In this document: positions 44,869 through 56,036 of the stretch, piece by piece
How the letters are laid out: each line of letters starts with the position of its first letter
How positions within the stretch are numbered: position 1 is the first letter of the stretch
DNA from: Trypanosoma brucei
Lineage: Eukaryota
Length of the DNA: 64,000 nucleotides
NCBI GenBank assembly: GCA_000002445.1
Contig: CP000071.1
Span: forward strand, 2,417,191-2,481,190
Direction: 5' to 3'
Notes under the pieces: generated by a model
Told to the model about the DNA's origin: nothing
Seen by the model: the letters and a program-made list of their open reading frames with translations, nothing else
Databases searched by the model: none
Translations under genes and position numbers: made by a program

Positions 44869-46179
44869 ATGAATGTACTTTCTGACATTGCTCACTCGGA
44901 TAGTAGTTTTGGTTCACCCACTGAGAGGGGTGAAATCGCGCAAAGGAAACCAGCGGATGGTAAGCGGGGAAATGATCGGCTGACTATAATGAAAGATTCG
45001 ATACGTGCGCGATCGCGTTTTCATGCGGCAGGTAACTTACGTGCAGCGAAGTTGGCGGATGATGACAGTTCATATGGGACAAAATGCAAAGGAACTCAAG
45101 CCGATGGGAACAGATCAGGAAGAGGTACCCCTCTTTTGAATAATGCTTTCTTTAATTTGTGTCCCTTTTATGAGAAGGAGGCATCTGACGGAGCTGAGCT
45201 GCAGGAACAATCAAAGCATGAAGCCGCCATTGCGAGAAATGATTTGGCAGAGGGGGATGCGGCATTTGATGTACAGTCACTCAATAGCCTCTCCGATATG
45301 CTAAATAATGATGCAAAGGAGGATTACAATCGAGTTTGTACGGTACGACGTCATCACCACGTGGAGCCGCACTTCGGTCTTCTCCCACAACGTTCGCACC
45401 GACTTTCTACGGTTTCCACTGGGAAAATTAGTAGGGACGAGAAACTTCAGGCTCACCCTGAGCGTGTTGTGGACTGTCGTTTTCTCCCAATGGAGGAAAA
45501 ATCTAGGAATTGGTTGCAGAGTTGTTCCGCAAAGGAAGCCTGCAATAGCGTGACGTTGTTGGTGAATCGTGCTGTCGACAACTTTGTTTTAAAGGAGGCG
45601 TCCATCTCCTTTGCGGAAACCGCGTCGAGTCACTCCATTCTCTCACTCGATGACGAGTTAGTTTTTCATAACCCTCTCACTTTCCCCGTGTTTAGTGAGC
45701 CTGGCGAATCCGATGATCAAAGTGAAGCACTGATGAGGTCTAACTTTGTGGCGCTGCTGCCAACATTTGAATCACAGAAGGCCTCGAGTTGTATGAGTGG
45801 AAGTGCGTTCCTACAAATAAATGGGGAACTTTTAACACCAGACGCGAGCAATGCGGTTGAGCTGGCGCCGGAGACCTCACCTGCTATACCAAAAAAGCAT
45901 CAGCGACCACCGTTGTCTGTTGAGGGAGAAGGAATGGAATTATCTTTGCAAGTTGCGCCGAGTGCGTCACTTTACTCGAATGGTGCTGACGAGTTGAATG
46001 CCAATAACAGTTGGAGCAGTTCAGCGAATTGCACGAGTTCTCTTCTTGATTCCTTAGCGGCACTCCCGTTGGAATGGAGTTTAGCCGTAATTCAACTTGT
46101 TTATCGGGAGGAATTGACGCGGAGCGCATTGGTATCAGCGGAGCGTGGCGCTCGAGCGTGCATGATATCCCTCAAGTGA
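44869..46179 (+). CDS. Hypothetical protein (436 aa), Ser/acidic-rich.
   Basis: ATG at 44869 and stop at 46177-46179. No recognisable domain. It lies on the same strand and has compatible spacing in the polycistron. Confidence 0.5.
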   Translation: MNVLSDIAHSDSSFGSPTERGEIAQRKPADGKRGNDRLTIMKDSIRARSRFHAAGNLRAAKLADDDSSYGTKCKGTQADGNRSGRGTPLLNNAFFNLCPFYEKEASDGAELQEQSKHEAAIARNDLAEGDAAFDVQSLNSLSDMLNNDAKEDYNRVCTVRRHHHVEPHFGLLPQRSHRLSTVSTGKISRDEKLQAHPERVVDCRFLPMEEKSRNWLQSCSAKEACNSVTLLVNRAVDNFVLKEASISFAETASSHSILSLDDELVFHNPLTFPVFSEPGESDDQSEALMRSNFVALLPTFESQKASSCMSGSAFLQINGELLTPDASNAVELAPETSPAIPKKHQRPPLSVEGEGMELSLQVAPSASLYSNGADELNANNSWSSSANCTSSLLDSLAALPLEWSLAVIQLVYREELTRSALVSAERGARACMISLK

Positions 46180-48202
46180 CACGGGTCTCCACTTATTGCT
46201 CAAGCGGATCCAAACAATGATATGGGGTCTTCTCCAACTTTCTCGGGTGTGAAGAGGCCGTCCACTTCGTTTACGGAACAAAATACTGTTGAATTTTTTA
46301 ATAGCCAACCTCATAATTAGTTTTCCAATGTTGATGGTGATGCTTTTCTTTTTTTTTTCCCCTCTTCTTCTTCTTCCCCGTTTTGTTTTCTTCTTTCTTT
46401 TTCTGAGGAATGGTGCAGGTGAAGCAACTTTCCTCACACCCCTATTGGATTTTTTTTTTGCGTTCTCCCTCTTTTCTGTGACGTCCGCTGTGCTGGTACG
46501 CCGCTTCTGATGTTAATGATGATCGAAGAAAGGAGCGGATTTGTTTTGCTTTGTTTTTATTTTTCCTCTCTTTCACCCTCCTCTTTTTTTTTTGTGCGTT
46601 TTCCATTTCTCTTTGGTCTTCACTAGGATCGGGAGAAATCGCTTATTGAATCTAAAATTTTTCTTTTTAGATTCGCTCCTCTGTTTATTCTCAACTTTCT
46701 CTTTAACTTTTTCCACCCGTTTTAAGCCACATTGCACCCTTATGTTTCTATTCTCCTGCACGGTTTCATTTTATATTTATTTATTAATACACATGTTTTA
46801 TTATTATTAAAATTAATATACAACGTTATAAATACTTTCTTTCCTTTTTCCCCCTTTCCCCGAGGCAATATGAAAATGTACGTATATAAGTATGCATGTA
46901 TATGTGAACGTGTGGATAAGGTATTAAATTATGTACAAAAGGAAATTGGGAGGACAGCGGATATTTTTCTTTTTTCTTTTTTGCCTTGTGTGTAATAACA
47001 ACAATGACAACAATAATAATAATAATGGTAATAACAACAATAATAATAATTATTATTGTTTGCCGATGTACGTGTAATGTTTCTATGACTTAAAAAACCG
47101 TTGCATCCTTTCAAATGTATTATGTTCCTCCTCAGTGTGGTGATATTATTAATGAAGTATCCGCAGGTTTTGACACATTCATTTCTTTCCTCCGTGCTTT
47201 CTTCTTTCTTCTTTCTTCTTCTTTCTTCTTTTTTGTTTTTTGTTTTGTGTGTGTGCTTGTGTGTATTTGTTTCGGTTTTCTTTTGTTTTGCTGATTCTGT
47301 GTTTTCATTTTTCTTCATTTTCTTCTTGGGCGTTTTGCTTTTGCTTTTGTTTTTTCTTTTTCTTTTACCTTGAGGCGCTACCACACACTTCATTTTTAAA
47401 TTCATTTATTTGTTTGTTTGTTTTTCCATTCATTTCGGTACTGTAGGCGATTTGAAGATTACCGAATGAAAGGACGGGGCCGTAATGACGGAATATTTAA
47501 AAAAAAAACAAAAAGAAGAAAAGAAAAGAGACGAAAATTAAAAGGAGGAAAAAGCGGTAAAAAGAAACAAAAAGCAAAATTAAAAGAGAGCAAAAAAAAA
47601 GAATTAAAGCGATAAATATACTCAAAACTTGTGTGTGCGTTTACGTTTTGAGGTTTCGAGCGCGTTGGTCAGTTTTCTTCTTTTCTTCTTTTCTTCCTTT
47701 TTCTTTGTTTATTTTTCTTGTGCCAACGGAGGTGTTTTCATTAGTGGTGTTTAACAAAAGAAAAGGGTTAGAGGGAGAGAAAGAGGGAAGTAGTTCAGAT
47801 TTTTGTTTTAACCCTTTCTTTTTTCTTTTTATGCAAAGGAAAGTAAAAAAAGAAAAAAAAGTCCACGAAAGGAACGAAAGGAGTAATTAAAAAAAAAAAA
47901 TGAAAAATTGCACTTCTGAGTAAATGAGGGGGAGATCACCTTTTCTTTTCTTTTTTTTTTTCGTTTTAAAATGTAGATATTTAAGTGTTTGAAATTGCGT
48001 AACCTTGCGTGCACTACCTTGTTGTATTTCCGATAATCCGCGTGATCTTTTTTTTTTGTCGCATTGAAATTTATTACCCCTTTCGTGTTTTTTTACTTTT
48101 GTTCCGCTTCGTTTTCTCCTTAACCACATGCCTCCCGCTTGATTTCTGCCATTCTTTTGGAAAGAAGGAAAGAAAGAAACAAACAAACACAAACAAACAA
48201 AG

Positions 48203-48245
<43 letters not shown>

Positions 48246-48254
48246 ATATATATG
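48203..48254. repeat. (AT)n microsatellite inside a 3 kb low-complexity intergenic region (46180-49220).
   Basis: Direct reading. Similar (TA)n/(TG)n runs occur at 42806-42826, 51929-51974 and 52148-52175. Confidence 0.9.
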
Positions 48255-49220
48255 AGTAAATAAATACAAATATTTTATGTGTTTGTGTGTTCTTTCCTCC
48301 GTTGTGACATGTGAGACTTGCCACACTAAGTTCAAGTTGGCGAGAGAACATCACGCATTAAAAAAAAGGAAAAAAAATAATGCAGGAGGAGAGGAGGGAA
48401 ATGTTGGGTGGTGAGGTGATAGTTTTTCTTTTTTCCTTTTTGGGATGGGGGAGGAGGGACAAAATAAAGAAAAAGAAGGCACATATGAAAAGGGGACATT
48501 ATATAAATTAGTCCTTTTAAAACTGAATGCAATTTGTGACGTTTGTTTTTTTGTTTGTTTGATTGTTTCGCTTTAGTTGATACGATACACGTTACTATTC
48601 TGCATGTTGCACTGCAGAGGTCATTTATATCATTTATATATTTGTTCAATTTTTTTTTGCTTCCGGATGCACTTATTGAATTCACCTTTTATTTCCCTGT
48701 TTTTTTTTTGAATTATTTATTTTGGTTTTGGGGTGCCGTTGAGGTTACTCTCACCCGTTTTCACTTCTCTTCTCATTTCTTTTAAACCAAATTTATTTCC
48801 TCTCAATTGACTGCTGTAAATAAAATAAAATAAAAGCACTCAGCAAGACAAGGCACTAGGTTAAAACAAGTCAATAAAAACAACATAACAAGGAAGGTTA
48901 TTCAAAAGAAATTCAAACTTGAATAATTATTGCAACAGGAGAAAAAAAAACGCGAATAAAGCAGTGAAGAGCAAGAGCGGGGTAATAGTTGTTGTTGCGT
49001 ATTTGTGTCTGTGTGTGTGTCTACTCCATTGAGGCCCTCAATCACACCAGTACACTGTCAACACAGAACGAGAGGGAGAAAAAAAAAGAGGTAGAAAGAG
49101 ATCAAAGAGAGGGGAAGAGAATTAAAGCGAGCGTATTAGGCTCATTTAATTACATTTTATTTGTAAGTGAAATCTCAAGAAGTTAACAGATAAACTAATT
49201 CAACAAACCAACTTAAACTT

Positions 49221-51887
49221 ATGGGTTGTGGTGGATCAAAGCCGAGGCCACAACCTCCTCAAATGCCTCCACCACCGCCACCACCAGTTGTTGCACCGCC
49301 GCCGCCGCCGCCACCACCACCACCAGAACCCGTCGCGCCGCCAACACCACCACCAAAATCTCCAACTGTTCAATCCGAAGAATCGGTGGTTGAGGAAGTT
49401 GAGGAGGTGCCATTAACTCCAAGAGCCGCACGCCTTCAGAATGTTATTGCAGCAAAGCAGTCGACTTTTATGTACAACAAATGCACCGTTACCGGTGAGG
49501 TGACACCGTTTTTTCCACCGAAAGGTCGATGTTTCCGCATCATTGATGAGGAGGGTCGCTGGTTCTTCTACAACGACACCATGAACTATGAGATGTGCGT
49601 ACAGGCCTTTTTTTCACCCGATTCGGATGTGAAGCACTGCGGGACAACAACAATAAAAAGCATAAGGAATGGATTAACTGTTATATCTGCCTTTGTATAC
49701 CCACTAGAAACGCTGGAGTTCCTTTCTGGTTCAGTGGAGTTGGGAGCCATGTATGTGTATGCGCAACAGCTTTCTAAGCGGTATTACAGCCATCTTCGTG
49801 TTTTCAGCGTGGATGGTAAGAAGGAGATGGAGACAGTTATGACGCTACCGTGGGAGGAAGTGGACGATGAAGAACTTCTAAAGCTATGTTCAGACTCTTT
49901 TATGCGTTACGCTGATGTGAAATTCCTTCCATCAACTGGTATGTTCTCACGCCTCGATATTGATGGTCGTTTCATTCAACCAGTGGAGGTGCGTCGTCCA
50001 AGCGAGTTTGCTCAATGTGACGAGGAAAATATCGATGCTGTGCGCGGTGTCGTCCTTTCCTCCTGCGTGGAGGCGGGCACGCTTGGAGATTCGTGGTTCG
50101 TAAGTGCGCTTTCCCTGCTTGCCACCGATGAGGAACGCGTCAAGGCGATGTTTGCCTCCACCACACCTGCCGAGAAGCAAATGGGCGCCTACCGTGTCCT
50201 ACTAAACAAAGACGGATGGTGGAAGAACATTCTGGTAGATGACTTTCTTCCAACAGTTGGTGGTGTGCCATGCTACGCACGGTGCATCGATGACCCCGGA
50301 GAGTTGTGGCCATCTTTGCTGCAAAAAGCTTACGCGAAATTGTATGGCTCTTATGCAAGCATCACAGGAGGCGACACACTCCTCGCCCTACAGAACTTTA
50401 CTGGAGCGCCAGTGTACCGATTCGATAAAGCATGGCGTGACGCGGCGACAGATGAGGAGAAAAAGAATGCACTCATTCAGAAGATTATGGGATACGTTGA
50501 AGCTCACAATCCCGTCATTTTGAGCGTTCCAACCGGAAAGGAGGCGAAAACCGCTGTTGCGAATGGTCTTGGAGAGGGTTACTCATACGCGCTACTGTCT
50601 GTCCACAACTTCCCTGAGGAGAACATTACGCTTCTGAAGATGTTCAACCCGTGGGAACCTGCGATGCCGTGGTCCGGTCAGTGGCGAGAAGGTAGCGACA
50701 AGTGGACCGAGCACAGCGAGATACAGTCGAGTTGCGAGCCGTGCTTCGAAGCGCATGACGGTATATTTTTCATCGAATGGTCAGAAGCTGTTGAGGTATT
50801 TAATGGTTGCGGAGTTCTGTACTTGGACGAGAAGCCGGTGTATGACTACCGTGTTGCTGGTGAATTTGACAATGAGCAGCCCAACCTTGCGCTTATGATT
50901 CGGGCAAAGGAAACCGTTGAAGTTATGTTGACTCTCTCGCAGAGGGATAAACGCGGTCTGCCTATAGAGTCGCCTGATGCAAAGCTGTCGCCTGTGTTAC
51001 TGTGTGTTTCCCGCGCCGAGCGAAAAAGGCAAGTTGTGTATCAATGCACCAGCTCTGATCCCGAAACCCCTGCAGAAGGCTTTAACTTTGTTGTGGGGCG
51101 AGACCTTGCAATGAAATGTACCTTTGAGGCCAGGGAAGCGCCATACTTTGTTATTCCTCGCATCCACCGCCGGGGAACATGCGAGGGACGCCGCAGGGGT
51201 TTCGTAATTGGCATTCGGTCCAGTACACCATTGGATGAAAAGCTTGAGATTCACTTCACCACACTTGAGCCTACGTGTCGTGTGTTGCATAACTGCATTA
51301 CATTTACAGCTAACCGAATGCCTGGTGCTGTGCGTGAGTGGCAGATAAAGACGCCTGATGCAGAACCCGCAACATACAGGGGTTGGGGTCTCTCTCCAGC
51401 GGAGGAATTCCATGAAGACGATGAAGGTGCGCTGACAAGGGAATATGTTGTGTCGCAGCCTGAAGAATCCCCAACACCTCAAAGTGAAGCACATGTAAGC
51501 GAAGAGGAGGCAAAACCAGAGGAAGAATGTCAACAGCCTTCTGATGAGAAGCCGCACGAGTTGACGGAAGAACCCGAAGCAGAGGCCGCTGCACCTGAAC
51601 CGATGGGAGAAGGAGATGTGGTGGCGGAAGCGCAACCGGAACTTGCCGTTGAGGAACTTTCGGAAGGGGATGTGGAGGCGAGAGAAGCGCCAGCACCACC
51701 GGAGGAGCCACAAGTAACCGCTGAGCCCGAGTCACCGCAGCAATCAGCGGAACCGGAACCGGAAGCTGCGCCTCCCGCCCCCACTGATGACGGTTCCGCT
51801 TCCGAAAGCTCCGATGATGGACTGGGAAGATTTGCAGCTGATCGTATCGGTGCATTTGCCTTATCGGATGATAGCGACACTGACTAG
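49221..51887 (+). CDS. Calpain-like cysteine peptidase family protein (888 aa), predicted to be catalytically inactive. It has an N-terminal dual-acylation motif, a Pro-rich N-region and an acidic Glu/Pro-rich C-terminal tail.
   Basis: The ATG at 49221 gives MGCGGSKPRP..., with Gly2 for myristoylation and Cys3 for palmitoylation. The calpain catalytic-domain region reads ...VEAGTLGDSWFVSALSLLA, with Ser where the catalytic Cys normally sits (QG.LGDCWLL). The His-box region is degenerate (GEGYSYALLSV versus GHAYS). The architecture resembles the T. brucei cytoskeleton-associated calpain-related proteins (CAP5.5/CAP5.5V type), but that assignment is from memory and not verified. Confidence 0.8.
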   Translation: MGCGGSKPRPQPPQMPPPPPPPVVAPPPPPPPPPPEPVAPPTPPPKSPTVQSEESVVEEVEEVPLTPRAARLQNVIAAKQSTFMYNKCTVTGEVTPFFPPKGRCFRIIDEEGRWFFYNDTMNYEMCVQAFFSPDSDVKHCGTTTIKSIRNGLTVISAFVYPLETLEFLSGSVELGAMYVYAQQLSKRYYSHLRVFSVDGKKEMETVMTLPWEEVDDEELLKLCSDSFMRYADVKFLPSTGMFSRLDIDGRFIQPVEVRRPSEFAQCDEENIDAVRGVVLSSCVEAGTLGDSWFVSALSLLATDEERVKAMFASTTPAEKQMGAYRVLLNKDGWWKNILVDDFLPTVGGVPCYARCIDDPGELWPSLLQKAYAKLYGSYASITGGDTLLALQNFTGAPVYRFDKAWRDAATDEEKKNALIQKIMGYVEAHNPVILSVPTGKEAKTAVANGLGEGYSYALLSVHNFPEENITLLKMFNPWEPAMPWSGQWREGSDKWTEHSEIQSSCEPCFEAHDGIFFIEWSEAVEVFNGCGVLYLDEKPVYDYRVAGEFDNEQPNLALMIRAKETVEVMLTLSQRDKRGLPIESPDAKLSPVLLCVSRAERKRQVVYQCTSSDPETPAEGFNFVVGRDLAMKCTFEAREAPYFVIPRIHRRGTCEGRRRGFVIGIRSSTPLDEKLEIHFTTLEPTCRVLHNCITFTANRMPGAVREWQIKTPDAEPATYRGWGLSPAEEFHEDDEGALTREYVVSQPEESPTPQSEAHVSEEEAKPEEECQQPSDEKPHELTEEPEAEAAAPEPMGEGDVVAEAQPELAVEELSEGDVEAREAPAPPEEPQVTAEPESPQQSAEPEPEAAPPAPTDDGSASESSDDGLGRFAADRIGAFALSDDSDTD

Positions 51888-52138
51888 TTGAGGTGGCTGA
51901 AAGGAAATAAGAGACAGAAAATGTCTACTGTGTGTGTATGTGTGTGTGTGTGCTTATATATATATATATATATGTCTGATAGTAAGTGGTTGTGGTATAT
52001 TAATTATTGGTCTGAATGGCTTTTTTTTTTCTACTTGATTTTGGTGTTGGTGTTGGTGTTTTCTTTTAAAATTATTTTTGTGGAAAGAAAAGTCGGTGGC
52101 CAAAGGTACGTCCACGTGCATAAATATGTAGCAATAAT

Positions 52139-52178
<40 letters not shown>

Positions 52179-53005
52179 GCATATCCGTGTATTTTATTGA
52201 TGCATGCCTGGTGTGTATTTATATCGGTTTGTAAATATTCATTTTCATGTCCATGTCCATGTCCATGGGAAATCGATGTTGCTATTGTTTATTATTTGAA
52301 GAGGAAGAGGAGGGGGGAAGACCGGATACGAAGTGAAAATGAATTTAATTTGGAGGATTGAGTGTAAGTTGGGGGTTATTCCTTCATATCATCCTTCATT
52401 CTTTTAACTATTCCCTTCATTTTTCATTTTCTCATTCTCAACAACAACAACAAAAAAAAAGAAAAAAAAGCAAATATTTATACTGCTACGAACATATAAA
52501 TCTATTTGTACAAATCTACGGAAGAGGCTTGGTTTGAATATTTGTGAGAAGGGAATAAATCATATATTTCTCAAATTTGATGAAAGGAAATCTTCTTTTT
52601 TCCCTTAGAAGAAAATAAAATAAAAAAAGAGAAGCAAATAGAAAGGAAAACTAAAGCGTGTACATAAAAATACGCATTCATGCATTTACATATGTATTTG
52701 TATAGCGTAATAAAATAAAAGAAGAAAAACTAAAGTAAAGCAGAGTGAAGATAAGAAAAGGTAAGATAAAATAAAAGGAATGGGCATTGATTTTCTCCCT
52801 CTTATTTGCGTTTTTTTTTTTGATGGAGAAAAAGTGTCGTTTTTTCCGTTTTTTTTTTGCCTTACTTTGTTGTGAAGCACCGGAGTTGATGGATTGGCGT
52901 GTAATTATTATTATCACTGTTATTATTATTATTATTGTCGTTGTTGTTGTTTTTGTTGTTGTCGAGTGGAGTAAAGTAATTTAGAAAAAGATGTTTTGAG
53001 GTAAG

Positions 53006-53065
53006 NNNNNNNNNNNNNNNNNNNNNNNNNNNNNNNNNNNNNNNNNNNNNNNNNNNNNNNNNNNN
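53006..53065. other. Assembly gap (a run of 60 N).
   Basis: Direct reading. It is flanked by A-rich and (AAGAAT)n low-complexity sequence, 262 nt upstream of the CRAL-TRIO gene start. Confidence 1.
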
Positions 53066-53326
53066 ATTTTTATACGTCCGTGAGCAGACAGGGAGTAGGA
53101 AAGGAAACGAAACCCCATATACGAAAAAAAAAAAATAACTGAGGAAAAGGAATAAGAATAAGAATAAGAAAAGAAAAAGAAAGGGAAGAACAAATAAAAA
53201 AAAAGATAATAATAATAGTAATAAAGGGAACAAAAAAAAAAAAAAGAAAACTGGTTCATTTTTTTACTCCAATTGCTGCATCGTTATCTTTTTCTTTCCG
53301 ATAGAAAAAAAACAAAAGAACCCAAA

Positions 53327-54169
53327 ATGACTTCCTCTTCTTTTCTAGAGGAACTTGGCCCCGTAGCGGTTTCCCATCGGAATGAGTTGGAGGAGGTGAA
53401 GCGTCAGTTGGGTATTGAAAGGAATGAATTGGACTGTTGGATTTATGCTTTTCTGGAGAACAAAAAGTTTGATATCAAAGAAACTGTGGCAAAATTGCAG
53501 CGGCGCTTTGCAATGGAAGTGAGTGAAATGGCCAAATATGAAGTAACGGAAAGCATGCGCTCGTCTCTTCGTTCCGGCATTATTCAAGCAATTGGGGAGG
53601 ATAAATGTGGTCGTACCGTATTTTACGTCACAGTCAGTAGAGATACAAGTTCAGAAGGTACTCGTGAAGAGAAGAAACGGACATTTGACTTGATAGTGAG
53701 TTATGGAACACGGTTACGAGCGGATAACAAACGGTGCCAAATGGTACTGCTCGTGAATTATGAGAACGCAAGTATGTTAAGTAACGTGGACATGTCGCTT
53801 CAGATGGATGTTGCGACGCGCGTGTCCAAATTTTTTCCAGGATGCATCAGTAAAGTCCTGCTGTGCAATATGGGCTCAATTTTGTGTACGTTTATGAAGC
53901 CGGTGTTGGGAACCATGCCGGCTTCTTTTTCCGATACCATTTCGTTATTTTCTTCAAATGATGTGACTAATGGTTCGTTACTTGAATATATCGACAAGAG
54001 CGTCCTTCCCGTACAACTTGGCGGGACAAACGACTGTGATGATCAGGTGCATTGGGACCGTTACGCGGATATTATTGAGAATTATTACCGTGATATGAGG
54101 ATCGCTATTGTGGAGCGAGGGCTAAAGGTGAAGGATTGGGAGTTGGAGTGCCTTTCTGCTAATGAATAA
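53327..54169 (+). CDS. CRAL-TRIO / SEC14-like lipid-binding domain protein (280 aa).
   Basis: The track start at 53273 is TTG and the first ATG is at 53327 (MTSSSFLEELGP...). The CRAL-TRIO N-terminal helix pattern (LDCWIYAFLENKKFDIKETVAKLQRR) fits. GEDKCGRTVFYV matches G.DkeGRPv. The C-terminal ...FMKPVLGTMPASFSDTISLF...LLEYIDKSVLPVQLGG matches the SEC14 lP..lGG end motif. Confidence 0.7.
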   Translation: MTSSSFLEELGPVAVSHRNELEEVKRQLGIERNELDCWIYAFLENKKFDIKETVAKLQRRFAMEVSEMAKYEVTESMRSSLRSGIIQAIGEDKCGRTVFYVTVSRDTSSEGTREEKKRTFDLIVSYGTRLRADNKRCQMVLLVNYENASMLSNVDMSLQMDVATRVSKFFPGCISKVLLCNMGSILCTFMKPVLGTMPASFSDTISLFSSNDVTNGSLLEYIDKSVLPVQLGGTNDCDDQVHWDRYADIIENYYRDMRIAIVERGLKVKDWELECLSANE

Positions 54170-56036
54170 ATAAATGTTGTAATGAAGGTAAATATAAATG
54201 TAATGTGTTCCATTCGCTTCTCATAGGAGGAAGAGAGAAATGGTGATATTTTTGTGTTTCTTTTCTTTTGTTTCATGAATGTGCGTAACATTTCATTTAT
54301 GCAAGGGACATTTCACGCCGACTTCTCCTCGTGTGCCACACACACACACACACACTTGTTTTTTATACACGCGTATCCCCGTGCGTTTAGTTGTGTCCAT
54401 CTTTTTTTTTTTTTATCTTGCTCCAAAAGTATTTTTATACTCCATGCGTGTGTGTCTGCATTTGTCCTTGTTTTTGTTTTTATTGTTATTTGAGTGTGCA
54501 TGTTATTGAAGACCGCATGCATCCACTTTTCATGCTCCTGCAGCACATATTTTGTGTTAGCCCTTCTGTAATATTAATAATTACGCATATTGCGTCAAAA
54601 AGGGAGCCGATTTGTTTGGTGCATTCTTTTTTTTTTGTATTTATTCATTTTTGTGCGGTTGTAGAGGCTCACTTCTGTGCAAAGGAAATTTAAAAGATGG
54701 AGGAAGTTAGTCTTTTTTTCTGTATTTCTAGTTCCACTGTTTTTGCGGTTCCATTCAACAAGAAGAGGAAAATTAAAGAAAAGATACGCCCACCTTCTAC
54801 ATGCAGGTATTTAAATTTTTTTCATTTTTCTTTCTTTTTGTTTTGCTGTTTTTTTTCTTTTTATCCCCTCTCTCTTTTCTTTTTTTTTTTCTGGCGATTA
54901 ATTTTCATGCAATTTACATGCAGTTTTTGACAATTTTTTTTTGTTGTTATGTTTTTGTTACATGTTCTTTCCTTTACTTTTTTTTTTCCATCATTTGCTT
55001 TTGGAATGCAGCGTCTTTACCACCTGCACTGCGGGGCAGATGGTTTGAAACGCTGGAAGCGAAGGAGGACAAAAACAAAACAAAACAAAACAAAACGACA
55101 AAACTCACCCACATAAACGGTTGGCTTGTTAAAATTTTATTTATAATTTTAAGTGGGTATCGAAATATGTTTCGTTATGAATAGTTCATCAACAACCATT
55201 TATTACGAGTGATTGTATTGCCGCAGGGCCTTCATCATCGCCATTTTACTAATTGTCTTTCTTCCCCCCCATTTTTTTTTTTAAAAGAAAAAGTTTTTAA
55301 AAAAATTTTCTTGTAGTTGCATGTGTGTTTGCATTTGTGTTGTTTCCCACTCCTTTTCGTTGCTTTTACATGAAGTTTTTAGTCATATCACTTGTTATTT
55401 GGGGAAATTGGGAGAGAGGTACAAAAGGCAAATGGGAATATATGAGGCGTGTACGTTTTTGTGTTTATATTATAATTGTAATAATGATAATAATTGTTGT
55501 TGTTGTTGTTCTTGTTGCGCGGTGAAACCTCATCAGATATATAATGGAGGGACGGTAAAGATTGGCAGGTGCGAGTAAGTGGTAAATGCAGGGCGAGAGG
55601 AAAATAAAAATATATTTAAAAAAAAATGATTCGGAAGGTGCATGTGTAAATAGCCTCGTTTTTAGTCATTCGCTATTACTGCTCTGAAAACGGGGGTGGA
55701 CTTCTCCCACTCGTCACCAGCTGTGTTTTTTATATATAATTTACTAACAATTGAATTTGTTTCGTCGTTTATTGTTTCATCTTCTCTTTTAATTTTTGTT
55801 ACTTGTGCCTCAAATATCGTGTTTTAGTGACTTTGCTCTACATTTAGAAGCGTTGGGGGAGGAAAGTAATACGGCAGGCAACGACGTGTTGCCACGAAAG
55901 CTTCTAAGAGGAAAAAAAGAAGGTGTGTAGGCAAAAAAAAAAAAGAAAAGAGTGTGTGTGTGAGGGAAGTGCCTTGCGCTAAGTAAGTGACTCAAAGGGG
56001 CTTTACACTGAAAAGCGCGTTAACTTTCACGCCCAT

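Noticed and set aside
46929-48354. Lys/Glu-rich (158 aa, 155 aa) and Phe/Leu-rich ORFs in the 46-49 kb intergenic region.
   Set aside because: They are translations of homopolymeric purine or pyrimidine tracts and (AT)n microsatellites. Composition is extreme and no gene-like structure is present.
50997-51855. Minus-strand ORFs of 238, 181 and 116 aa inside the calpain-like gene's C-terminal region.
   Set aside because: They are antisense to the GAG/GAA/CCG-rich acidic tail. Low-complexity sense sequence generates stop-free antisense frames (Ser/Ala/Gly-rich).
52862-53259. Minus-strand ORFs of 123 and 92 aa containing runs of X.
   Set aside because: They span the 60-N assembly gap and low-complexity repeats, so they are artefacts.
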